A stretch of 64,000 nucleotides of DNA from Octopus bimaculoides. Taxonomy: Eukaryota. Shown here in pieces: positions 13,056-23,668 of the stretch; the stretch's first letter is position 1; every line of letters starts with the position of its first letter. Made by a program: the position numbers and the translations under genes. The stretch spans positions 58,882,631-58,946,630 of the forward strand of contig NC_068989.1 in the NCBI RefSeq assembly GCF_001194135.2. The letters run 5' to 3'. Under the pieces are notes generated by a model that had not been told where the DNA came from, searched no databases, and saw only the letters and a list, made by a program, of their open reading frames with translations.

Positions 13056-14760
13056 AAATAGTTCTCAACTTCTTTAATATATGGGCCAATTCAAAACTTA
13101 AATTTTTTTAGGGAACCGCACCCAAAAAATTAAAGCACAAGTTAATTATAGAAAAATTTATTATATTTATTATACTTATAGAGGGAAGACCGTCATTAAA
13201 AAAAATGGAATTTAATGTGAAACATTATTTTGCTTTAATTCATGGTAGAGCGTGTCCTTGCTTTGTAGGGCGCGGTTCAGAGTCGAAATATGTCCGGTGA
13301 TACCTACCATGAAGCCAGATCAGCAATCCATTCTTTGTTGCTAAGCTGGGGAAAGATTATCTTCCTTTCAGCAAAAGCTTTGATTTCTGAGAGAAGTTTG
13401 TAGAACCTATTGAGACATGTGACACGGCTTAACTATCGTACAGCAGTGTACATTAACATGTCTCCATAGTCAGCATCAATATCCACCAGAAATTGCTTGA
13501 AATTACGATGTTCAGGGCTGGAATTATTATGGCACGAACCCAATTTATGATCGATATTACAGCCTCTTTCACATTGGCCATTTTCAGCAACTTAGCAAGG
13601 ATATTTTCCCAGTATATAATGCAGGGGTTCCATATCACAAGAGTAAGGTTGTCCTCTGATTGCCATCTGGCAATGAGTTCTTGAAGTTCTTCTTTCTGTC
13701 CAAGCATAGAATGAACTCAATCTATGGCAACCGAAACAGCTTTGACAGATGCAAATGTGGTTGTTGAAGGCTTGCAAGAAATTCACGGAATATATCATCT
13801 GTACTTTTTGTTGAGCCATGAGTGGAATGCAACGTGAGAAATTCTTTGTAAATCTGGAAGTTTGGCATAACTCCCCTGACGAATTCAGCTCATTGCTCTG
13901 TTTCGGTTATGTCTTTTGTGCCTCAAGAGCAATAGAGTAGACAAAATCCCCCAACTTACTGCGAAGCTGGTCATGTAGTCCACTAGATATACATTCAACT
14001 CGTCGAGTTACTGTGCCATTACTAAGCTGTATTTTCTTATCTTTTCGTTGAATGCTAGAATAACAACATTCTTCAGTGAACACGACAATAGACTATTTCA
14101 TGATGTTGCCATCTGATTACGGCTTCATATGGCAAGCCAGAAGGTGGCTCTATGATGCCATTATTATGTCTTTACAATCACGTTTGAAGACATTCCTTTG
14201 TTTTGTACGCGTTGACTTTAAGAATTTCAACTTCTTTTTTCTTTTCTCTCTGGTAGCTATCATACTCCTCAGAATGTGTTTTATAGTGCCTCTCAATATT
14301 AAATGACTTAAACTCTTTACCATCACAGGATAGAGAATGCAGAGTGCCTTGGCGTCTTTTTCAATCACAAATATTTTACTTCCCAATCGGCTCGAAATGT
14401 ACGGTTCTCTTGCATAAATGTACGAGCTATCTACGAAATTACCACCATGACAGTGAAGGATAATTAATGCAATGATGAAAGAATGAATAATGGCTGACTG
14501 AGTAGCATATTGTTTTACTAACACCGCTAGTGTGTATCTCGTCGCAAATTTGAGTGAGGGAATGAACGAAAATAGTGTGATTTCTGTTTAAAACGGACTC
14601 ACGCTTGAAATTTTTCAAAAAATTAAAATTTTGGTACCAGCATTTCTGCATTTGCATGAGAACTTTCTAAATTAGGAGTTCTATTGTGTTTTTTTAAAAA
14701 GGTCGAGGGTCGCCGGGAGGATGTTTGAGGGCCGCATGCGGCACTGGGAGAGAACTACTG
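13056..14760 (-). mobile_element. hAT (Charlie/SPIN, GTF2IRD2/ZBED-like) DNA transposon with decayed transposase
   Basis: Minus-strand frames across about 13190-14400 give KIQLSNGTVTRRVECISSGLHDQL, YSIALE, FVRGVMPNFQIYKEFLTLHS, CIIYWENILAKLLKMANVKEAVISIINWVRA, HRNFKQFLVDIDADYGDMLMYTAVR*LSRVTCLNRF and GFMVGITGHISTLNRALQSKD, all hAT motifs. The 14760 end reads CAGTAGTTCTC..GCCGCATGCGGCCC; a degraded counterpart AAATAGTTCTCAAC lies at 13056. No matching 8-bp TSD was found. Confidence 0.9.
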
Positions 14761-14901
14761 ATTAAGACACTTCCTTCATATCTCGTTGCGCCAAGGTTAC
14801 GATTCTCTTAAAAAGATAAAGCGTTTGTTTTTCGTCGATTGTTCAGAAAAGACTTTCTGCCATATTAATATGTTATGGAATACATTAATTTATAGATTAT
14901 A

Positions 14902-15092
14902 GGTGACGAGCTGACAGAATTGTTAGCACGCTTAGAGGCGTTTCGTCTGTCTTTACGTTCTGAGTTCACATTCCACTGAGGTCGACTTTGCTGTTCATTC
15001 GATCGAGGTCGATAAAATAAGTACCAGTCAAGTACTGAGTCGATGTAATCGACTAGGATCCTTCCCTAATATTTCAGGCCTTGTGCCTACAG
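14902..15092 (+). mobile_element. SINE family A (CAGGCCTTGTGCCTA tail variant)
   Basis: Homology to the other family A copies. Confidence 0.9.
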
Positions 15093-15116
15093 AAATATAT
15101 TATGGGATCAATTATA

Positions 15117-15350
15117 TCTATATATATAAAACACAGGATGTGTGTCTGTCTGTGTGTTTGTCAAGTCGTTATAGCTCGAGATCCACCCAACTGATTTTAA
15201 TGAAATTTTACACACGTATTACATAGGGTCCATGGAGTGTCATGGGCCAAAACATTTTCAACTTCTGGCTTAATGCGGGCCCAGAGGCAGATAAACCGCG
15301 TTTTAAAGCATTTTCGCAGCGTTAAGGCCCGTAACTTGAACAGTATCCAG
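15117..15350 (+). mobile_element. Non-autonomous Helitron-like element, 5' part
   Basis: Begins A|TCTATATATATAAAA, then GATGTGTGTCTGTCTGTGTGTTTGT and CCAACTGATTTTAATGAAATTTT, a layout typical of invertebrate Helitron 5' ends. No convincing hairpin+CTRR 3' end was found. Confidence 0.5.
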
Positions 15351-15970
15351 TCACTTTCCTCCAAATTTGGAACAAACATTAATCAGGCTCCTCGAATTGC
15401 TGTTGACTAAAAAAAAATTCCGATGTCGACTATGCCCTCCCCCAATGCAGATTAATCAGATTTGAGTATACTGCACTGAATTTTATCTTTGTTTTAGACC
15501 ATTTTCCGACGGTAAAATATTGACACTACTTATGCATTATAAGTAGTGTATAATATTTCATGAAAATATTTTGGCCAATTTCGTAGAGGAAATGAGAAGA
15601 ACATTAAAATTTTTGTCGGCGCCCTGTTGATGCTTCATGTTACCATCCCGCGCACCACCGGGCCATGTTCGTGTGTGTGCGGCTGGGTAAAGGCACAACA
15701 AACCCATTCATCCATTCTCCAGAAGTGCCCTGTTGATGTTTCACGTTTCCAATCCTGCGCAACGCAGCATGGCCCGGCAGGATGTCTGTTTTCTATGTCA
15801 TCCATGTCTGAACTATACCGTGCAAAATGTTCATACAAAAAATTAAACTGCTATTGTGACTCACAGCCATTTAAGTTTGACCGTGTGACCACTTCCGAAA
15901 GCTACACTCACCACCCGCAAATAGTCCCCTACCCCGTGTTACCTCCCCCGTTTAGTCGGACGAGTAAATA

Positions 15971-16408
15971 CAGGGTATCCCAGAATTAATGATGATTTGA
16001 TTGAGATCGGTTGCATTTTTTTAAGAACTCACTTTTATTTATGCTTATGTTTAATATGTGTTAAAAGTATAACTTTTGAATTTTGTTTATGATTTTATTT
16101 TCATTCCTGTTGGACCCCTCTTATTTGTCCATGACAACTTTTTTCTTTCAATCTGGCAGTAATCATTTTCTTTTCCTCCATCCCCAAGATGGAGCAATCG
16201 TTTAGCTGAGCTTAAAGAACACATTCATTTAACAGTGCAGGAAATAACTCGTGAAATGCTTCAAAATGTGTTTCACAATGCTAAGGAGAGATTTGAAGTA
16301 TGCAGGGATAGAGACCTGTTGAAAATTTTCTATAAAAGTTTGACGTAAGATTTATAAATCTATTTGTTTTGGTAATAAACATAAAAGTCTGTCATCTGGA
16401 ACTTCCTG
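15971..16408 (+). mobile_element. Tc1/mariner deletion derivative
   Basis: TA|CAGGGTATCCCAGA on the left and a degenerate inverted TCTGGAACTTCCTG|TA on the right. About 16200-16315 encodes RLAELKEHIHLTVQEITREMLQNVFHNAKERFEVC, like a Tc1/mariner C-terminus. Confidence 0.65.
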
Positions 16409-16515
16409 TAGTTGTTAGTTGTTGCGTTGCTCGAGTAAATACTAAAATCAAAGGTCTTCTTGCCTTAAACATCCTATCTTTTTGTTAAGCATATTGTATC
16501 AAGGAGTATATTATC

Positions 16516-16670
16516 CAGGCGTGGCTGTGTGGTTGAGAAGCTTGCTTTCCAGCCATGTCGCCTTGGGTTCAGTCCCATTTGGAACAAACATTAATCAGGC
16601 TCCTCGAATTGCTGTTGACTAAAAAAAAATTCTCATTTGTTACAGCTCCGTGCAGACCAAAAACTTTTGT
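16516..16670 (+). mobile_element. SINE family B 5' part, interrupted by a 56-bp local templated insert
   Basis: CAGGCGTGGCTGTGTGGTTGAGAAGCTTGC...GGGTTCAGTCCCA head; the body resumes at TTACAGCTCCGTGCAGACCAAA after 16632. Confidence 0.8.
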
Positions 16671-17740
16671 ATTATGTAATTGCCATTACTATATTGATAT
16701 ATAAAATCACACATACAACTCCTTATTATTGTCATATAATAAACACACAGAAGTTCCTGTATGAAATTGCTCTTTTTTCTACTTCAATTATTACATGTTT
16801 TTTTCTAATAACATATACACATACAGGAGGAGTAAATCTATACATATAATAACACTTTGAATGTGGCTCTCGAGAAAGAGTAATAGTAATTACCCGATCA
16901 AAGACGGATATTACTGCTAGTATTGGAATAAAAATGGGTGGGTGAGTTTGTGGTGTAATAAAATTAAAGACTAAACTTTGATAATTTGACGACAATTCCC
17001 AATGGACCAAGTCTCTTAACTATTTCTATTTCCTCATTTCATCCATTGGCGTTACTTGTGTCATTAATGTTTGTAAGAAAGGCATGAACATCACAACAGC
17101 CTGATAAAACTATGTGCCGATTTTGCCAAGTTGGAAAAAAAAACATTTCATAAAAAGACAGATGAATTTTTAAAGATTTGATTTGATTGAGAATTGGTTG
17201 TTATTTCTAACTGGACACTATTTGGTGCTTTCCTGATTCTGTAGAAATCTTCAGTTATTCTCGTTTCACGTGAACGGGGCGAACTAAGTTCGATCATAGA
17301 GTTTGAAGGAAATCGTTTGTGTTTGGTAATACTAGATCAGTATGTGAGAATTGTTCAGAAACGTAACTCTCATGAGTTGAATTAGGCTAAAAATAATCTT
17401 TTGCCCGAAAATAATAATTCATCATAAATATCTTACTTCAAAATCTGATATTTCACAAGACTTTGGAATGAAGGTGTGATAAACAGATTAAGTATCTTGT
17501 CATGCTGAAGCAACTAGTTAACGATGATGGCAGAGCAACCCTACAGACAAAGCATCTGAATAAATCATAGCAACTCATTCCGAACCGGTTAAGCAGAGCG
17601 GAAGGCTAACCAATGATCGTTTTTACTTTGGACTTTGCCGACTGATTCGTTGAAGTTGCGTAGCCACCCGAGTTTTAACTGTAATAGAGGCATTAAACTG
17701 CTGTCACAAAATGTTCTAACAATCAACCTAGAAACCTAAA

Positions 17741-17743
<3 letters not shown>

Positions 17744-17819
<76 letters not shown>

Positions 17820-17820
17820 G

Positions 17821-17851
<31 letters not shown>

Positions 17852-17970
17852 GTAGATATATGTATATATATATGCATGTATATGTAGGTATACATATAAA
17901 TGTGTGTATGTGTGCGTGTGCGTGTGCGTATATGTGTGCATGTGTGTGTGTGTATATGTATGTATATATT
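17744..17970. repeat. (TA)n/(TG)n compound microsatellite
   Basis: direct reading. Confidence 0.98.
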
Positions 17971-18078
17971 TGCATGAAGTTAAATATATGTCCGGTCATA
18001 GAATGACCAATGGTTCCGCATCCATAAAACGCTTAGCTTTATAAACGGTTCGTCAAACTCCAGTAGCCGTGGAGAAGT

Positions 18079-18480
18079 CTAGTGTGACGTCTTGGCTCCA
18101 GTTCATGCAGGCCCTACTAGAACCCAAACAAAAGGCTCTCCTACATCAACACAGCCTATCGTATTAAGGAACCTAGTGAAGGGTGTCAGCAATAGGATCT
18201 CGGATACGTCCTCGAATCAAGACATTTTCGACGCCGCAGCCCCCATATTACAACGAGCACCCAGTGAGTTTAAGGAAAGCACCTCCTATATGCTAAGCCC
18301 TAGCCCCCTGAAATGGAAGCGCCACCGGAAGGTCGTTTGGTTTGCCCTACCCTTTCTTCTCAACTTTAAAACTTGAGTGGGAAGGATATTTCTTAGGTTA
18401 GTAGACAAGCACTTCACGCAGACACATAGGTACGGACGTTTGTCCAAGAGGCACGACCTAAATTACTCAACATGTAAAGA
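18079..18480 (+). mobile_element. Penelope-like element, RT C-terminal/linker relic
   Basis: RPY*NPNKRLSYINT / PIVLRNLVKGVSNRISDTSSNQDIFDAAAP...KRHRKVVWFALPFLLNFKT*VGRIFLRLVDKHF...LNYS matches the PLE pattern PYRKPN..YIN..HPP..I.K...RIS..SS...F..AAP....R.IIWFNPP...KT.IG..FL.LIDKHF. Confidence 0.85.
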
Positions 18481-18801
18481 ATATTGGTGAACACCCATGA
18501 AACGTGATATATTTGATCTATCATAAATTATACCATTCTTACAATACATCAACATTTGTTATACACAGGTCGAATCCACTGACAATCTGCGCAAAGAAAC
18601 AATGTGGCATCTTTTGTTTGTTTCCACAGCAAACTTTAATCTTGAGATCCCCAGTCACTGCATGAATAATTAATAACTTATAACATCGGAAATAGTCACA
18701 GTAAGTATTACGATATCTTAAAGCAATTTTCTCTTCCACTCAGCCCAGGCAAATATGCAAAAATAGTTACAGCATCAATAATCTCATTTAGTTCAAACAC
18801 T

Positions 18802-19185
18802 GTTAATGGCACTCCGTCGCTTACGACGTCGAGAGTTCCAGTTGATCCGATCAACGGAACAACCTGCTCGTGAAATTAACGTGCAAGTGGCTGAGCACTC
18901 CACAGACACGTGTACCTTTAACGTAGTTCTCGGGGATATTCAGCGTGACACAGTGTGACAAGGCTGACCCCTTGAATTACAGGCACAACAGAAACAGGAA
19001 GTAAGAGTGAGAGAAAGTTGTGGTGAGAGAGTACAGCAGGGTTCGCCACCATCCCCTGCCGGAGCCTCGTGGAGCTTTAGGTGTTTTCGCTCAGTAAACA
19101 CTCACAACGCCCGGTCTGGGAATCGAAACCGCGATCCTATGACCGCGAGTCCGCTGTCCTAACCACCGGGCCATTGCGCCTCAAC
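18802..19185 (-). mobile_element. Full-length tRNA-derived SINE, family C
   Basis: Minus-strand head GAGGCGCAATGGCCCGGTGGTTAGGACAGCGGACTCGCGG...GGTTTCGATTCCC (A and B boxes). 13-bp TSD TAGTTCAAACACT at 18789-18801 and 19186-19198. Confidence 0.95.
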
Positions 19186-19684
19186 TAGTTCAAACACTAG
19201 GCTGGAATAAACACCATCGATATGTGCAGAGGATCATCCTGCTTACCTCGCTATGCCCAATACCAAAATCTCCTGATGCGCTGAGGAATCCATTACGCGT
19301 TCGATCTACCTACTAGGCATTGTAACTAGATTGCCCATGTCATTTACTAATGGCTTGGAAAATTACAAATGTATTCTGATAATACTGACTTCATCTACAT
19401 ATTCTATGTAATCTTTCCTTGTACCTTTAATTCGTGGAAAGATTTTATATTCTAACGTGTAACATTAATAATTGCAGCAAATTGCAGTTGTGATTCTTTT
19501 TCTTATCATAGATATCGATATCTAGTTTATCTTAATTTTACATGGACTCGTATCCGGACTAAATTATAAATTTAGACATGTTCTAATTAGAATTAGCTTT
19601 ATTTTTCTTTTCTCCTTCTGCATTTCTTAGTCTACACTACTGTATATCATTTACATCTATAACACACACACACACACACACACA

Positions 19685-19749
<65 letters not shown>

Positions 19750-20152
19750 ATGTGTAACTGATGCATTTATCAGTTTATATTCTGTATTACCGTGTATGTG
19801 ATAATTACTCCATCTATTCTCTCTCTACAAACACACGTTTATCAGATTCGTTCTACAATTACCTCAGCATTCATTTCTTCTGGAACTATCAAGGACCAGT
19901 TTTATCAGTTCCCCTGTTCATTCATTTGTCTTGCTCTTTGATGGTTCTTATACTCCTTACACATCATTCACAGACTCTATCATGCTGTTCAAAATATTCC
20001 AAACTGACACTCTGTTCCCTCTTTCTCCTCCCCTCTCTCTTCCTCTTTCTTTAAATTTACATACATACATGTATGTATGTATGTATGTATGTATGTATGT
20101 ATGTATGTATGCATGTATGTATGTATGTATGTATGTATGTATGTATGTATGT

Positions 20153-20195
<43 letters not shown>

Positions 20196-21061
20196 ATATA
20201 TATATATATGTATATATATAAGGTATATGTGAAAGAGAGAGAATGACAGAGAAATAAATTAGCGAGTCTTCTCTCCTTCTGTCCAATATTCTTCATTTTT
20301 TTAATCATTCTTTTTCTAATCTGTTTTTGCATTTTCCAATCTCAAATAATTTTTTTTTCTTTACTTCTATCTTCAATCTCACTTCTTTTCCTGTCCCTCC
20401 ATATTCTTCTCATTCTCATCTCAAACCTCGTTTACAGTCACCCCAACCATTTCTTCTCAAGAACTAGAATTTTTTTTTTTTTTTCCAACGAATCTTCAAA
20501 CCAACTTACGTTCCATTTCCGGTACTCTACACAAGTCTAATAAAGAGCCCTTCTTTAGCGTGATGCTACTAAACCAGCTCCTATCTTTTCACAGCGATCT
20601 ATTAAGAGAAAATAGCTGCCGCTATGGTGGTTTGCTTTCATAAGCACCATCAAAACGTTTGCCCCCCNNNNNNNNNNNNNNNNNNNNNNNNNNNNNNNNN
20701 NNNNNNNNNNNNNNNNNNNNNNNNNNNNNNNNNNNNNNNNNNNNNNNNNNNNNNNNNNNNNNNNNNNNNNNNNNNNNNNNNNNNNNNNNNNNNNNNNNNN
20801 NNNNNNNNNNNNNNNNNNNNNNNNNNNNNNNNNNNNNNNNNNNNNNNNNNNNNNNNNNNNNNNNNNNNNNNNNNNNNNNNGCTAAAACAAAAGTAGACAA
20901 AAAAGTACAAAAAACAGAGAAAAATAGAACTAGAAAATAGGGATCTCCCCTCCCCTCCCCTCTCAGTTCTTTTCTTCTACATTTCCGCATTAAACCTCAT
21001 GAGAGGAGACATCCAGATTTTCTTTAAAAAATATTCCCCAGATAAATATTCTTTACGTGAA

Positions 21062-21176
21062 ATTTCATCATCTTCATCATCATCATCATCATCGTCGTCG
21101 TCATCGTCGTGGTTGTCATCGCGGTCGTCGTTGTCGTCGTCGCCGTCGTCGTTGTCGCCACCGTTGTCGTCACCGC

Positions 21177-21220
<44 letters not shown>

Positions 21221-21280
21221 CATCGTCGACGTCGTCATCGTCATCATTTTCATCACTGTCGCTCATCACTGTCGTTGTCG
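21062..21280. repeat. Compound trinucleotide array (CAT)n/(CGT)n
   Basis: direct reading. Confidence 0.97.
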
Positions 21281-21348
21281 TTTTGCTCCAGATCGGCCTT
21301 GAACCAGCAGATCAATAATTAAGCGTTCCAACTGTGACCATTCATTTT
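21271..21348 (-). mobile_element. Short retroposon 3'-end fragment (AAC-tailed family)
   Basis: Homologous to 37128-37204 (+) and 50229-50282 (-); its tail runs into the trinucleotide array. Confidence 0.6.
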
Positions 21349-21689
21349 CCCCCGGGAGAATGTGTTGGTGCAGGGAACCCGAGATCACTTTCTTTAATGT
21401 TTCCTTCTAAGGTGATAGCATGCGATTTGAGGGAGATTTGGCTACTATTTCTAGCAGCTGGAGCGACTACTTACAAGCCTTATCGTAGGCTCCTTGTTAT
21501 TTTTGCAGTTGTTGTTCTTGTTGTCGACGTCGATGTTATTGTTTTTGCAAATTGTTACAAACGACGGGGTGCTCAACCTCGTATCATTTGGTAACATCCA
21601 GTTAATTAAAATCACATCGAAAGTTACTTTAGCGTCTCGTTCCTTCTATTCAGTGACCATCTAACCATCCACTCATCCAGCCATCCACT

Positions 21690-22460
21690 CATCCATCTTC
21701 TCCACCTTCTACTCTTGAGAAAGTCATGACGGTAGAGTCCTCTTGCACCTCCTTCATCACATTTTCTTCGTGAATTTCTAAGCGTGGACAACTGAGACTA
21801 TGGATATTATTCAACAATCTCGTTCTCGGTTTACCCATAGGTCTCCTCTGGCTTGAAGAATTCGCCTTGCGATTCATTCTGACATTCTACTCTCATGTCT
21901 ATAGTGCTGGAGTTGTTATCTCTCAATGTATAGAAAAAAGCGGCTCAACCTAGAAAGATTCCCGGTTATCTGAGTTACACATCCTGTCGAGTAATGTTAC
22001 TACAGAGATCCTTCAGAGGAACCTTAGTTCAGCCGTTTGTATTCACGGTCGTACGCTTTTGATTATTACCCAACGTTCATGCTCGTAGTTGAGGATAGAC
22101 ACGAAAACCGAAATGAAGAGAGCAAGTTTTGCTTTTTGTCACTTTTCCCTCTTCTAAGGATCGAATATTAGAACTGGCGCGTAACTGTGTCAGCTCCTGC
22201 AATAATACTAGGGGGAGCTGAAAAGTTCCTGGCTTTAAGGGTATCGCGAAAGGCCTGGATGGATGTCCAACGTTCCGAGTTCTTTTACAGGGCTTAGAAA
22301 AACTGAAGGGCCGCAGCAATAAGTGTGTGAACCTGAGAGGGGAACATGTTGAATAAAATCATAACTGATTCTCCTGTATTTTCTTTTACTCAAAGTCAGG
22401 AACTTTTCTGCACCTCCTCGTAGCATCTAATTCAGCCTCTTGGTTCTCATTAACGTCTCG
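21690..22460 (-). mobile_element. RTE-clade (Rex3/Expander-like) LINE 3' relic, interrupted by a mariner MITE
   Basis: ELDAIIAGADTVTRQF (after removing the MITE), VFVSILNYEHERWVI, IQTAELRFL*RISVVTLLDR, ESF*VEPL, RRPMGKPRTRLLNNIHSLSCPRLEI match the RTE ORF C-terminus. Confidence 0.85.
22208..22420 (+). mobile_element. mariner MITE / deletion derivative
   Basis: TA TSDs at 22206-7 and 22421-2. About 29-bp imperfect TIRs (CTAGGGGGAGCTGAAAAGTTCCTGGCTTT vs the reverse complement CGAGGAGGTGCAGAAAAGTTCCTGACTTT). Internal QGLEKLKGRSNKCVNLRGEHVE* is a mariner C-terminus. Confidence 0.92.
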
Positions 22461-22919
22461 AAAATAAATCCTTGCCATGGACGGAGAGTTTGATTCAATC
22501 GATTGCAGCCTGTCCTTTTAAAAAAAAATTGTGACCTTATAATAAAAATCAGAAACGCTTGTCGTTTACATCGTTTGAGTTCAAATCATGCAGGTTATTG
22601 CCTTTACTAATTTGAGGGCCGATAAACAGACCTCCTCCTCCTCCAGTAAAAATTATTATAAACGCTAGGTAGACAAGCCTTTATTTAATTTGCTTTGCGA
22701 GAAGGACTGTTTCAACGAAGTCGCGTATTGTCCGTGCCTTCAAAACGCGGAGTAGATAGAACAGGGACAACTGACGAATGGGTATACACTTTATGTAGTA
22801 TGTCTCGTTTCTCTGTTTGTTTTTTCGTCGTTCGAAAAAAAAAAAAGAAACGTTCGTTTTCTATGTTTTTGTTTTTATGATTTCGTTTCTCATTGTGTTC
22901 AACGTTTTTTTTTATGTCC

Positions 22920-23018
22920 TGTACCCATATATGCATGTATATATACATATATATGTAGGTATGTACATATATACATGGATATATGCATATATTTACATAT
23001 ATATATACATATACATAC

Positions 23019-23053
<35 letters not shown>

Positions 23054-23212
23054 CACACAAGTGCGTATATGTGTATATATGTATATGTACGTGTGTGTAT
23101 GTATGTATATGTATATGTGTGTGTGCGATTGTATGTATACATATGTATGTGTGTGTATGTGGGTAAGTGCGTGTGTGTGTGCGTGTGTGCGTGCGCGCGT
23201 GCTTGAGTGCAC
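22920..23212. repeat. (TA)n/(TG)n compound microsatellite
   Basis: direct reading. Confidence 0.95.
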
Positions 23213-23514
23213 AGGTGTATAGGTCTTCGATCAACAAATGAAAAAGTTTAGTGGCTTAACATATCGTTAAAGAAGTAAGGCGCCAAAGAGAGACAGACAA
23301 CCTACAATTGGTGAATGGGGACCTAGTTTCGGTTAGTGTATAATTGTTTTGTAGTAAACTACAGATTAATAACAACAGACTGATTGGTCAATTGATGCCA
23401 TCAAATTTATGTCACTGACAGTTGCAATTGACTACCGTAACGTGCTTAATTTCTCAGTAAACATGATAGAACAGCTGAAACAACAGTTAACCCAAGGAAA
23501 GATAGATCCCTTAC

Positions 23515-23668
23515 CGAGTAGGAGAGACCTGCAAATCAGATGGTAGTGCGGTAAGACTGCATCCAGATCATTGTAAGCGTTTTTGGGAAAGCCAGAGCAA
23601 TTGCGGCAGAGGAGAAATGCCAATGACAGAGTCGTTGCCAAGAAACCACCACCATTAGACCAAAGCAT
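23515..23668 (-). CDS. Candidate first coding exon of a secreted or membrane protein (signal peptide)
   Basis: ATG directly after an in-frame stop. MLWSNGGGFLATTLSLAFLLCRNCSG|FPKNAYNDLDAVLPHYHLICRSLLL has a hydrophobic core and a C-S-G cleavage pattern. It ends at a phase-1 donor G|GTAAGG. No homology recognised. Confidence 0.4.

Noticed and set aside
18802-19185. tRNA genes at the SINE heads (also 61700-61788)
   Set aside because: They have no complete cloverleaf and are followed by SINE bodies with TSDs.
21024-21322. Poly-His/Ser/Met/Arg ORFs suggesting a histidine-rich protein
   Set aside because: All frames are open because of the trinucleotide array, there is no splice or codon evidence, and the array adjoins a retroposon tail.
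23520-23660. Plus-strand frame TCKSDGSAVRLHPDHCKRFWES resembling a chitin-binding type-2 domain
   Set aside because: The expected third and fourth Cys are missing, the frame is closed by stops, and there are no suitable splice sites.
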